From Piromyces finnis finn (taxonomy: Eukaryota; Fungi; Neocallimastigomycota): 64,000 nt of DNA. The stretch spans positions 496,001-560,000 of the forward strand of contig MCFH01000028.1 of NCBI GenBank assembly GCA_002104945.1, read 5' to 3'. Shown here in pieces: positions 1 through 14,124 of this stretch. A program made the position numbers and the translations under genes. Position 1 is the first letter of the stretch. Each line of letters begins with the position of its first letter. A model generated the notes under the pieces. The model worked only from the letters and a program-made list of their open reading frames with translations, was not told where the DNA came from and ran no database searches.

Positions 1-45
<45 letters not shown>

Positions 46-720
46 TAATAATAATAATAATAGTATTAATAAATTTTATTTTTATGATAACATCAATATA
101 GATAGTCTAGATGAAATAATAAATATAGCTTCATTATATAATTCAGATAGTATAACTATAGATGAAAATATAAATGATATAAATGTATCATAATAAATGA
201 TGATATAAATAGTTATCAATTAGGAATAAATTTTCACAAAAATAATATTAATAAATAATAATAATATATTAATTTTTGTATTGTAATATCATCATCAATA
301 TTTTGAAGAAAATAAATAAATTATGTTATATTTAACATATAACATAAATATTATTTTAATAATCTTGTATAAATGGATAATACATATATAATATATATAA
401 ATTTTTAACGATTAAATTAAAAGAAAAAGAATATTTATTAAAATTTTATTATATATTATTTTTTACAATTTTTATTATCCAATATATTATTATGAAAGAA
501 GAGTGGTACAAAAAAATTATAATAAATATATATATATTTTTTTTATAAAATTATTTGTATTTAATGATAATAATAAAAAAAAGGACATGCTTTTAAAGTT
601 TTAAAGTTTTTAAAAGCTAGAGAGGACGCATCAATTGATTGGAAAAAATAATTTATTAAATTTTGTTATTGCTAGTTAAAATAATTAGATTAATGAAATA
701 ATGGCTTATATTTAAATATA

Positions 721-950
721 TTAACAAACAAAAGATGTAAATTAAATTTATATTAATTTACTACATGTTTTACAAACCTATCAATTTATGTATTTGTATT
801 AAATTAATGTAAATGTATTAGCTATTTAATTATTTGTGATATAGAATCAAGCCACAAATAAGAAAAAAATTTTCTTTATTTTAAATTGTCATAGCCTATC
901 ATATATTAATAATTTAATATATTAATAAATTTTAAATATTATAAATCAAT
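721..950 (+). repeat. Left copy of a diverged inverted repeat (about 230 bp), partner at 4311-4546
   Basis: Exact blocks shared with the reverse complement of 4311-4546: ATCAATTTATGTATTTGTATTAA (780-802 vs 4461-4483), AATCAAGCCACAAAT (845-859 vs 4411-4425), CTATCATATATTAATAATTT (896-915 vs 4346-4365), all collinear. Confidence 0.9.
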
Positions 951-1374
951 ATAAGTTTAAAAAATAAGATGAAATAAACAACATAAAATTTCATTTTAAT
1001 TATAAATATTATTAAAAATATATAATTAAAAATATTCATTTTAAAATAACGCTAATAATATTTTAAAAAATGTATATATTAATAAAAAGTGAAATATGTA
1101 CTTTTTTTTTCTTATTTAAATCTCCAAGAAATATATATATATTTTCTTATTAAAATTTTTATATATAAATCATTATATATTGACAGTAAAAATTAAATCA
1201 TTTTATTTATTACATACCAATATTTCTATTTTATGTTCAAATTACATATTATTTTTATATTATTATAAACTTTAATCATTAATATATATTTAAATAAAAA
1301 AAGATAAAAAGTTCATCAAAAAAGTTTATTTTTTAAGAAAACTATATAAGTTTAAATATTTCACTACGCAAATG

Positions 1375-1408
<34 letters not shown>

Positions 1409-1560
1409 TTAAATAAATATTTTTAAATACCTTAAATTACCAAAATATTTAATAAAGGTGAATATTAAATAATATATATTAATTAAAAAAAAAATCTAAA
1501 TGATTTTTATTTTTTATTTGTTATCTATAGCAAAAAAAAAAAAAATAAAAAAAAAAAAAA

Positions 1561-2889
1561 ATGAATTTTCTACAAATTCATTGCGAAATTGACGATATAA
1601 ATAAAGGTCATGAAAATGCTGAATTTAGAAAATATCTTAAACAACTTCGAGATGAAAATAATGAAAAAGACGTTAAAAAATCTAAAAATCCGTTTATTAT
1701 TTATATTCCTTATATGCAGAAAAACGGTGGTGTAAAAGTAATAGAACGCAAATTTTTATTTAATATTGGAAAAGAACTTAATATTGAAAGTATATACTAC
1801 TTTCAATTGAAAATAAATTGTAAAAACCAAACAACTACAGATAAAATTATTAATAGTTTGACTAATCTGAAAATGGAAGAGCTCGACGTTGAAAATATTG
1901 AATTTAAAAATGGTGAATTTTCAATTGAATGCGAACCAGATGGAAATATACTCTATTTTATAATAATGAAAATTTCAGGATCGTATTATATTTTATCTGC
2001 TTTTACAAACAGGACTCGAAAACATCAATATGAAAAACTAAAAGATTCAATCCTATTAAGTTATAAAGAAAATAATGAAGACATATATAATTATTACCTG
2101 AATGCCATATTTAAATATAATAGCAATGAATTTAGAGAATATTCGAAATATGATTTTAATATATATGAAATAAATAAAAAAAATAATGATTTTATTCATT
2201 TTGATCCTGCAAGTAAAGATAAAAAAATAGAAGTTGATGAATTCATAGAAATATTAAGAAATATTAGTCAAGATCCATTAAATATGAATCATCAAGAGTC
2301 TATGGATGTGGATCAAGATCTATTAAATACGAACCATCAAGAGTCTATGAATGTGGATCAAGATCCATTAAATATGAACCATCAAGAGTCTATGGATGTG
2401 GATCAAGATCCATTAAATACGAACATGGACGAAGATATAATTTTTATAGAACAGCAAAAAAATAATTTTACTGAAGCTGAAACAAATGAAATATTTCGTA
2501 AGAACATTTCATTAATTGAAGAAATTAATAGTACATATGAAAATGAGTCAACTATTCCAAAACAAATAATAGAAAAAATAAAGCTTCGAAGCAGCTATGA
2601 GAATGAAATTTGTAACGAAATACAAATATTTGGATTATCGTGTATTAATTATTATTCCAAAGATAGTATTAATCTTGGATTACGAATTTCTGATGAAATT
2701 GTTTTTATTGGGGAGTATGAAATTTTTAAAAGTGGTGACAATAAAATCCTTAAGTTGTTCATTAATGGAGAGATTGTCGCACATTATTGTTTGGATACAA
2801 AAAAACTTAATATTACTGAAAAGGGTAAATTCATGAAAAAAATTCATGAAATACAACAAAGAACTGAAAACGAAAGAAAAATAACTTGA
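1561..2889 (+). CDS. Intronless orphan protein, 442 aa, paralog of 4875-6164
   Basis: Long uninterrupted ORF in AT-rich DNA. Shares the YF..MK.G.Y.....FTNRT.K block and downstream YYYL with the ORF at 4875-6164. No family recognised. Confidence 0.75.
   Translation: MNFLQIHCEIDDINKGHENAEFRKYLKQLRDENNEKDVKKSKNPFIIYIPYMQKNGGVKVIERKFLFNIGKELNIESIYYFQLKINCKNQTTTDKIINSLTNLKMEELDVENIEFKNGEFSIECEPDGNILYFIIMKISGSYYILSAFTNRTRKHQYEKLKDSILLSYKENNEDIYNYYLNAIFKYNSNEFREYSKYDFNIYEINKKNNDFIHFDPASKDKKIEVDEFIEILRNISQDPLNMNHQESMDVDQDLLNTNHQESMNVDQDPLNMNHQESMDVDQDPLNTNMDEDIIFIEQQKNNFTEAETNEIFRKNISLIEEINSTYENESTIPKQIIEKIKLRSSYENEICNEIQIFGLSCINYYSKDSINLGLRISDEIVFIGEYEIFKSGDNKILKLFINGEIVAHYCLDTKKLNITEKGKFMKKIHEIQQRTENERKIT
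2269..2424 (+). repeat. In-frame 45-nt (15-aa) tandem repeat, about 3.5 copies, QDPLNMNHQESMDVD
   Basis: Visible in DNA and protein; units alternate NM/NT variants. Confidence 0.95.
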
Positions 2890-4310
2890 TATTCTTTTGT
2901 AGTTTGAATGCTTATTAAATATTTTTTTATAAAAAAATATTTTAATTTCAAAAGAATAATTTTATTTAAACTAGTTTATTTTGATAAAAATATATATTTC
3001 ATTTTTTTTCTTGTTGTGAAATATTGTATTATTATATTAAAAATATATATTTCATTTTTCATACATGATGATATAATGAATTATATAATTTTTAATATAA
3101 TAATATTAAAATTTTATCACAAGAAAAAATCTGAAATATATATATTATCAAGAAATAATTTAATAAAAAATTATAATTTCGATATTAAAATAAGAAAATA
3201 AGAAAGAAGAAGAAAAAAAAAAGGTATCTAAAAATAACATACTTTAAAAAAAATTAATAAAAATATTATTATTATAAATTTATTATACTAAACTAAAAAA
3301 AAAATTAATAAATATTATTATTATTATTATAAATTATATAGTATAATAAATGCTAAACTAAAGTATTTATAATAATTATAATAATTATAATAATAAAAAA
3401 TAGTACAATATACAATAAATAAATTATAATAAAGATACTAAAAAGAAAGTAGTTATTATAATTTTACAAAATATATAAAAAAATAAACAAAAAATAAACA
3501 AAATATTTTTATTACATTATTTATATTATTATAATACGTGAAATGTGTGTGCATAGTATGCATTTTTTTTTGTACTAGCATTATAAAAGTGTTATATTAT
3601 TTTCAACTTTATCATAATTGAAAATTTAGAAATTAAGTATGAAACAATAGTTCAAGCAAAACAAAACACATTAATGTAAGACAAGATATTCTATAATACA
3701 TTGATAATGTATTATGTGATACTTTTTTTTAAAAATATTTCATATAGAAATTTAGAAATTTCTAAAAAAAACAATTAAACCTTTTATATATATAATTTTT
3801 TTTATATATTATATAATATATTATAAATAAAATTTTTATTTATATAAATTATAAATTATAAATTATAATATAATCAAATAAATAAATAAAAAGTAAATTA
3901 ATTAAATTTAATTTATTTATATATTTTATACCTCTATATTTAAAAAATAAAATATCTTAATATAATCATTATATATGACAAGCGTATATATCAATAGATC
4001 AATAGAAATTAAATATAAATATATTTCATAGTTTATTTGATATTTTTTTTTATTATTTTAGTATAAAGCTATTATTATTTTTCTTTTTTTTTTTTTTAAA
4101 AAAGGAAAAATACTTTTTAAAAGATAATTAAACCATATTCAATAATTATGAATTTAAATATTAATGAATATAGTAAGCCACTATAAATTTATAATAAATT
4201 AATTTAATAGTTTAATATATTAAATTTAATTTATTATATCAAAATAATAAAAAAGTTTGAAAAAAATAATTTTTAATCATCATAAAAAAATATAAACTGT
4301 ATATTATATT

Positions 4311-4546
4311 TTGTTTTATAATATTTAAAGTTTATTAATATATTAAAATTATTAATATATGATAGCTATGAAAATTTAAAATACAAAAAAAATTTTCTTT
4401 CTTATATACAATTTGTGGCTTGATTTTAGACCACTAAATATTTAATACAAATACATTAAATTAATACAAATACATAAATTGATGGGTTTGTAGAACAATG
4501 TAATAAATTAATAATATAAATTTAATTTAATTCTTTTGGTTGTTAA
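4311..4546 (-). repeat. Right (inverted) copy of the 721-950 repeat
   Basis: Reverse-complement match to 721-950. Both outer ends coincide with TTAA (721-724 and 4543-4546). Confidence 0.9.
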
Positions 4547-4687
4547 TAAAAAAAAAAGTATAAATAAAATAATTTTTTTTAAATAATAAATAAATAAATA
4601 AAAATTAAAAATAAGAATAAAATAAATAAATAAATAAATAGTATTCATTATAAAATAAAAGCAGTAGTAATAAAAAAAATATTAAAA

Positions 4688-4787
4688 ATAAAAAGGAAAA
4701 TATAAAACAAAAGCTAAAAATAAATAATAATAATAGTAAAAACAAATATAATAAAAAGGAAAATATAAAACAAAAGCTAAAAATAAA
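4688..4787 (+). repeat. Direct repeat of 37 bp (4688-4724 and 4751-4787) upstream of the second orphan ORF
   Basis: ATAAAAAGGAAAATATAAAACAAAAGCTAAAAATAAA occurs twice. Confidence 0.85.
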
Positions 4788-4874
4788 AATAAATATAATT
4801 AGTATAATAAAAGAAAAAAATAATTTTATTTTTTTAATACAAATATATTGAATAGAATTGTCATTTAATTATCA

Positions 4875-6164
4875 ATGAGCATTAATCTTACTTGTGTTGT
4901 TGAAAAAAAATCTAATGATAATAATAATTATCATGAAGAACTTAAAAAAAAAAAAGAATATTTTAAAGATAATTTATGTTTTTCTGATGAAGAATATCAT
5001 GAAGAAAATAATGAAACTGATTTGTTAAGGTTACCATGTAATGAAGGAAGTTAGAAACAATCATTTACTGTTAAATGCGTTGGAAATTTGGATATAAAAG
5101 AAATAGGCATATTGTATCATGATCTCTTTGGAAATAATATTGGTAAAAAATATAAACATCTTAAAAAAGGGTTGCTGGATAAAGCGAAATCGAATATAGA
5201 AAAAGAAGATAAGAAGAAATATAATATTTTTTACTGTTCTTATGATATGTCCAAAAATCAGGAAATAAATGGAGAGTTTGTAGATATTAAAAAAAGTGAA
5301 AATAACATCCATATTTCTATGGATACCAATATAAATAATGACGAGGGAAGAAACAATAACTATTTTTTTGTATTTCTTATGAAAAATGGTGACTATTTTG
5401 TTACTCAATTATTTACTAATAGAACTGACAAACAAATATTTAGAAGGAGTGATTGTTATCTTAATAATTTGTATGAGGAAAAAGAAGAATACAAAAACGC
5501 AACTTATTATTATTTAAAATACATTCTTGATGAAAATGGCGATCTTAGGGATAAATTTCATTTTCCAATACTTTTATATAAGTTTGATGAAGTTATAATT
5601 AAAAAAATAAAAAATATAAATAATAATAGTTTTATCGAAGCAATTAATATAATAAATGAGCTTTTAAAAATAATTGAAAAAAAAAAGAAACAAATAAAAG
5701 AAAAAAAAAATAAAATAAAAGCTAAACGGAATAATTCGAATAAACTTTCGCTCAATACACCTAAAAGCGAAAGCGAAAGTGATACAGACAACAATTCAAA
5801 TACGGTTATCACTAATGCTAAACAAAAAAATAAAAGAAAAGCTGAAACAGAAAATCCGTATCAATCTTTACCTCCTACACCTAATAGCGAAAGTGAAGAT
5901 TATATGAGTGATTATTCAAGTATATCTACTACTGATGATAAACAATCAAAAAATTTTCCGAATCGAAATAATAATCTTTCGAAGAAACAAAAAACGGAAA
6001 ATATATATAATGATAAATTTATGAATGATCCTGCTATAAGTAATGAGTTAAGTTTGGGTTATGATAATATTATTAAACCAACTAATGCTAAATTACCCAC
6101 ACAACGGGAAATCGAGGATAACATTGATAAAGATGTGAGGAAAAATGGTTTTTATAATAGTTAA
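4875..6164 (+). pseudogene. Orphan paralog of 1561-2889, about 429 codons, with a single in-frame TAG at 5052-5054 (pseudogene, readthrough or sequence error)
   Basis: ATG at 4875 (MSINLTCVVEKK...) is in frame with the track ORF 5088-6164, which only starts at a TTG. The N-terminus resembles MNFLQIHCEIDD of the paralog, and the FTNRT.K motif is shared. Confidence 0.65.
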
Positions 6165-8529
6165 GCTTATTTTTTTCAAAAGAATATCTTTAATCTACAA
6201 GAAGTTTTCTTCATTATAGTTTTTAATGAAGAAAAATTCTTGAAAATCATAAAAATCATTTTCTTTTTATAATATATTAATATCAAATATAAGTGAATAC
6301 TATTAAATATATTTATAATTCTTATTTCTATTATAAATTGATTTTAATAAAAAATTAATGATAATAGGAGTAAGAATAATAAATATAATAGATGCATTTA
6401 ATTAAAAGAAATTAATAACAATATCATAATATCTTTATATAATAATTCATATAATGTAATATTAAAACTAAAATAATAAAAATAAAAATATAGTAAATAA
6501 AATTTATATATCATCTAAAGTTTAAACTTTTAATAATTTGTTTTAAATTTTTTTTTTATAAAAAAACAAATCATTACACAAATAAATTAAATTTTTTTAA
6601 TTTTTTATAGTTAAAAATAATTTTAATATTTGACCATTCATTTTGATTGATTTTAATTTTTGAATAATGAAGAAACATTATAAAACATAAAACAACAAAA
6701 AAAAAAAACGTGTAATAAATTAAAAAAAAGTAAGGCACAATTACAGTGTAGGCAATGTTTTTTTTGTTAAAAATTAAATCTTAATATATAATAGTTTTGT
6801 ATGTAGTATTAAGCCAATAATCTTATTACTATTTTAAAAGAATTAATACTTCAATATATTAATTATTCGAATTACTAGATTAAATCAATCAATAAAATAT
6901 TAATAAAAAAAAAAAAAAAAGGCAAACTAAAAAAGAAAAAAAGTGGAGAAAAGCCATTAAAAAAGTAATTAACTAATAATAAGTAATTGATATAAAAGAT
7001 GATGATATCCATAATTTGAATAAAAATTTTAATTAAAAAATAAAAAGTTTTAAATATTAGGAAACAATTTTTATCTTGACCACTTTTAATATTTGTATAA
7101 CATAATAATATTATTATTAGCAATTAATATTTAATATATAATTATTTATTGTTTAATGGATAATCCATGGCAAAATCATTGAATATATATTAAAAAAAAA
7201 AAACAAACAAACAAACCATTATATAGTTCATTTGCCATATGAAAAATTAAGATTTAAAATTTCAAAAAGTTGAAAATTTTTAAACAACATTTTTTCATTT
7301 TTTAAACTTAAATATATTATATATATTTTAAATCTTTTAATAAATATAGAATATAAGTCATCTAAAAATTTTATTTTCAAAAAAAAAAAATCATTTATCC
7401 ATAGTTTTTTCATTAATGAAAATAAAGCAAAAATATTAATAAAAAATGATTTTTAAAATTGTAGATAAAGTTTCGTATTATTATTATTTTTTTTTTACAA
7501 AGGATGATTTAATAAATGTAGTTATAATTATTTTAATTTTTAATTATATATATTCAAATTATTCTGAATAGTGTAAGAAATATTGTATTTTTTTTTTCTT
7601 TAAATTGTAATGTCGATTTAAAGTATTATATATTTATCAGTTAATCTGTAATTTCAAAAAATATATCTTTGATACATTTTTATATATATTTTTTTAATCT
7701 ATTAATTATGACTTTTTTATGTTATAAAGGTTGAATGAGTATAAATGAAAATAAATATATATATATATATATATATTTGAATTATTTGAAATTAAGTGAT
7801 TAAATGGAATATGGAATAATTTTAAGTAGTGATTTTTTTTTTAAATATTATTAATTATATATAAAATGCTAATAAAAGGTAAAATAACAGTAATGTACAC
7901 TGTACATTTCAAATATTTAATATAAATTTTTAATTATTAATTAAAATAATTTTTTGAGAAAAATAAATTATTATCTTTTTTAAAGTAATTTTTTTGAGAA
8001 AGTTATTCTTTTCTTTTTTTTATTTATACAAACAAAATTTTAATATTTATATACTTTTCAATATAATATATATAAATTTATAAATGGTCATTTATTTTTA
8101 AAAAAGAGATTATTTAAAAGATATTAACAGAAATAAAAATAAAAGTAGACATTAAATTTTAAAACTTTTTAATTTATCATTACACTTTATAAAAAAATCA
8201 ATTAATATCAAAAAAAAAAAAAAAAAAAAAAATTTTTTTATTATTTATTCTGACCTTTTTCATAGTATTATAAAAAATATATATAAAATGTCCATTTTTT
8301 TAAAGTATCAAACAATAATATAATAATAAATTTTTATTTAATCCTATTATATTATTCGAATAGCTCACAAAATAGAAAAAATAGAATAAAAATTATTAAA
8401 TTTAGTTTTTATATAAAAAAGAATTTAATACTACCTTTTTATATATTTACTATAAAAGAAAAATTGACCATTTTATTGCTTATTTAAATAATTAAATTTT
8501 TATTATGAATCATTAATTATATTAAAAAA

Positions 8530-8568
<39 letters not shown>

Positions 8569-9162
8569 CATATGTAATAATATATTATTTAGTTAAATTA
8601 TTTATTAATTATGCTATATATGCTATATTTATATTAATTATGAATTATAAATTATTATTATTTTTTGGATAAAAAAGTCTACAGAAAATTTATAGCAAAA
8701 AAAAAAAAAAAAAAAAAAGACATAACATAAAAGTATTTAAAAAATAAAAGTAATTTTTATATAATTTTTATTTTTTTATTTTTATTTTGTTTTAAAGCAT
8801 TTAAAAAAGTGATATATTTTATGTTTATTTTTAGTTGAATGATTTTATGTTTTTTTCCAGTTAGATAAATATTTAATTATTGTTTTTCTTTGCTTTTGTT
8901 GGTTAAATTAAAATGTAATTATTATTACTTTTCTTTCTTTCTTTCTTTCTTTCTTTCTTTTTTTTTTTTTTTTTGAATATAGTAACAATAAGGAAAAAAA
9001 ATAAAAAAAAATTCTATTAAATTATTTAATACTGAATAGATTTTAATGTATGTATATATAATAATAAAAAAAAAAACTTTATATTTTTTATATTAATTAA
9101 AAGTATAGTGATAATAATCAATCATTTTTTTTTTGAATATTAAATTTATAATTTTTGACTTC

Positions 9163-9202
<40 letters not shown>

Positions 9203-9246
9203 TTTTTTGGGGTTTTCTTGCTTGCTATAGTTTAATGATTGAACAT

Positions 9247-11111
<1,865 letters not shown>

Positions 11112-12087
11112 TATGCTATATTTTTGCTATAATTTATTTTTATATATTAAATATTTTATTTATAAAAGTATATATATTTTTAGAAAAAATGATTTAATAT
11201 ACATGAATTTTGAAAATTTTTAAGATTTATTGTTATTCAAATATAAAAACAAAAAGTAATTTAAAATGAAAAATATAAGACATAAGACATTATAAAATTT
11301 ACTATGGTGTTTCTAAAGTCATAATTTTATCAAAACAACTTTAATATATAATGCCATTTCGATTTACATATATTAAATATATAATAATGATATTATTATT
11401 GATATTAACATATATTATTATATATAACATTCGAGGATTATGTTTATTAATATATAAATGTGGGTATATATTTATAATTTTTCTTTTCTTTTTTTTTTTA
11501 ATTTTTAATTTTTAATTTTATTCTTTTTTATTCCTGTTTTTTCCTTTTTAAATTGTTTTTTTTTTTATATTCATATATTTTTTCAAATTATTTATATTTG
11601 AATTTTGTTTGTTTCCAGAAAGTAAGATAGTATATATTTAATCCAGGCACATTTATATTTGACATCTTACCTTTTATTTACAAAAGATTGTAATTTATAT
11701 ATAATGTAATAATTTATTTATTTTGAAAGCAAGGGAAAAAAAAGGAAAAAAAATTACTATTTAATTCTTTATGGAGGAATCAGTAATGGAATATAAAATA
11801 ATATATGAGAATATATATTATATTTTATTTATATTAAATATCAAATCAATAAAATGGTTCATTATGAAATTTCTTTTCAGCTATTATTCATCATTGAAAA
11901 AAATAAAATTTATTTCATTTCCTATACATATATTATATTATATTATAATAATTATATAAGTATTATTTTTGACATATATTTAATATGTTATTAAGTATAT
12001 GAAAATGTAATTAATACCCCATTAATTAATTAATTAATTAATTAATTAATAAAAATTTGATAAATATATAAATATATATAAATAAGA

Positions 12088-12142
<55 letters not shown>

Positions 12143-12727
12143 AATGTTAAAGAAAATAATTAATTTATAAAAATGAAAAATATTAATAATTTTTTTGAAA
12201 ATGTTTTAAAAAATCCCCAAAAACTATTTTAAAGCCTTGTTAAAACACTTAAGGGAATGAATAACAATAATAAAAAAAGAAAAAAAAAGTCAGATACTAG
12301 CAGAATAATAATGACAAAAATTATTTATTATATTATACTTTATTATTAATAAATCATTATAAGTTTTTAAAAAAGGAAAGCATTTTATTAAGAATAATTG
12401 AAAAAAAAAGAAGGCTAGGATATTAAATATTAAAAATGTAACATAAAAAATTAATTATAGTGTAACATACTTCATTTATAAATCTATTTATATATAAAGA
12501 GGAAAAAGATAAATGAGGATTTTATAAGAAAGGAATTCGTTAAAATAAATAATAATGAATTATAGCTTTTATTTTATTATTAATTATTATTATTTCCTCT
12601 AATTAATTCAAAGTGAATAGAAATATTAACAAATTAACAATATTATAATTACAAATAAACTTTAAGAAATTTTTATAATGGGATAAATGAATATATCCTT
12701 ATAAAGGAATATTATAAAAAATTTAAA

Positions 12728-12741
12728 TCATGATCACGTGG
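12728..12741. promoter_or_regulatory. Candidate bHLH E-box (TCATGATCACGTGG)
   Basis: CACGTG in very low-GC intergenic DNA between the thiolase start and U6; function not shown. Confidence 0.25.
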
Positions 12742-13081
12742 TTCACAGAAATGAAAAAATTTCAAACAATTTTATTATGATAAAGTAAAATTTTAGGTAT
12801 TTAATATTCTTTTATAATAGCATATTACATGTAATGTAATATGTTAAATAATAGTTGTAAAACGCATCTTCAAAGAAAAATACATTTTAATTTTTTTAAG
12901 AAGAGATGTATTGATTAACTTACAGTTAATTAATTTTCATTTCAAATATAGTAATTATTATTAATATTAGATATATTAACAGAAATTTTTATCCAATCAA
13001 ATCCATTAAATATTCAGTCGTAAATATTTAAATTTCTTAATAAAATCTTATTTATAAATAAAAATTTATCATCATATAAAT

Positions 13082-13209
13082 GTCCAATTCTTCGGAATTG
13101 TGACATCTATTAAAATTGGAAACGATACAGAGAAGATTAGCATGGCTCCCTGTGCAAGGATGACACGCATATCTTGAGTGGATTCCTCTTCGGAGGAAAG
13201 ATTTTTTTT
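13082..13209 (+). ncRNA. U6: U6 spliceosomal snRNA with extended 3' end
   Basis: 5' stem GTC-CAATTC-TTCG-GAATTG-T-GAC; ACAGAGA box at 13127-13133; AGC triad at 13139-13141; ISL ...CCTGTGCAAGGATGACACGCA; Pol III T-run terminator at 13202-13209; TATAAA at 13053-13058. Confidence 0.97.
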
Positions 13210-13280
13210 GTATATTTTCGAAGGTGTATTTTAATTAATATTTCAAAATTATTTGGAAATAAAAATTTTTAATATAGTGA

Positions 13281-13395
<115 letters not shown>

Positions 13396-14124
13396 TAGTT
13401 ATTTGTTATGAATTTTTCATAAAAAGAGTTGTTTATTAAAAACTTTTTAACATAACATTCCTTTTAATATTGTATTACAAAGTTGTCAATTGCCAAGAAT
13501 CAACCAATAAAATTTTAATAAATATTGGTTTTTTTAATTTCTTTATGTCAAACATTTATTAATAAAAAATTTTAATTATTAATTTTTAAAATTATTAACC
13601 AATTTTTTTCTTTTTTAAAAAATTAAAATTTTTTCAATAAATAAAAATAAAAAAAAGTACTGCTCTACAATTTTAATTTTAAAAATCAAATTATATAAAA
13701 ATTAAAGTAAAAAAAAGAAAAAAGTTAAAAAAAGGTGAGTTATTATAATTATAAATATATATTATATTATTTTAATTTAAAATCATATTGAAATGAAAAC
13801 AATGCACATTGTATATAGTATTTTTTTTTATTTCTTTCAATTTAAACATTTTGAAATTCGTAAAAATTTAATATTTATAAATTATAAAAATAGTAAAAAG
13901 TATTAATATTTTAATCGTAATGAATCCATGTTGTTAACTATAATATAAAGGGATCTTTTAATAGGATATAAAACAAGATAAAAGATTTAAAATTACTAAT
14001 TATACAATTTTTTTATACATTTATAATTATAAAAAATAGGAAAGAAATTCAAATATATAAAAAGAAATTAATAAAAATTTTTAATTTTTATTAATAATAC
14101 TGTTAATAATAATAATAAAAAAAA

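Noticed and set aside
2-193. Stop-free Asn-rich frame at the window start (possible 3' end of an upstream CDS)
   Set aside because: Low complexity, begins in an AAT run, no motif; cannot be supported without upstream sequence.
13082-13209. Possibility that the snRNA is U6atac
   Set aside because: It has the major-type ACAGAGA box and a 5' stem-loop; U6atac has AAGGAGA and lacks this 5' structure.
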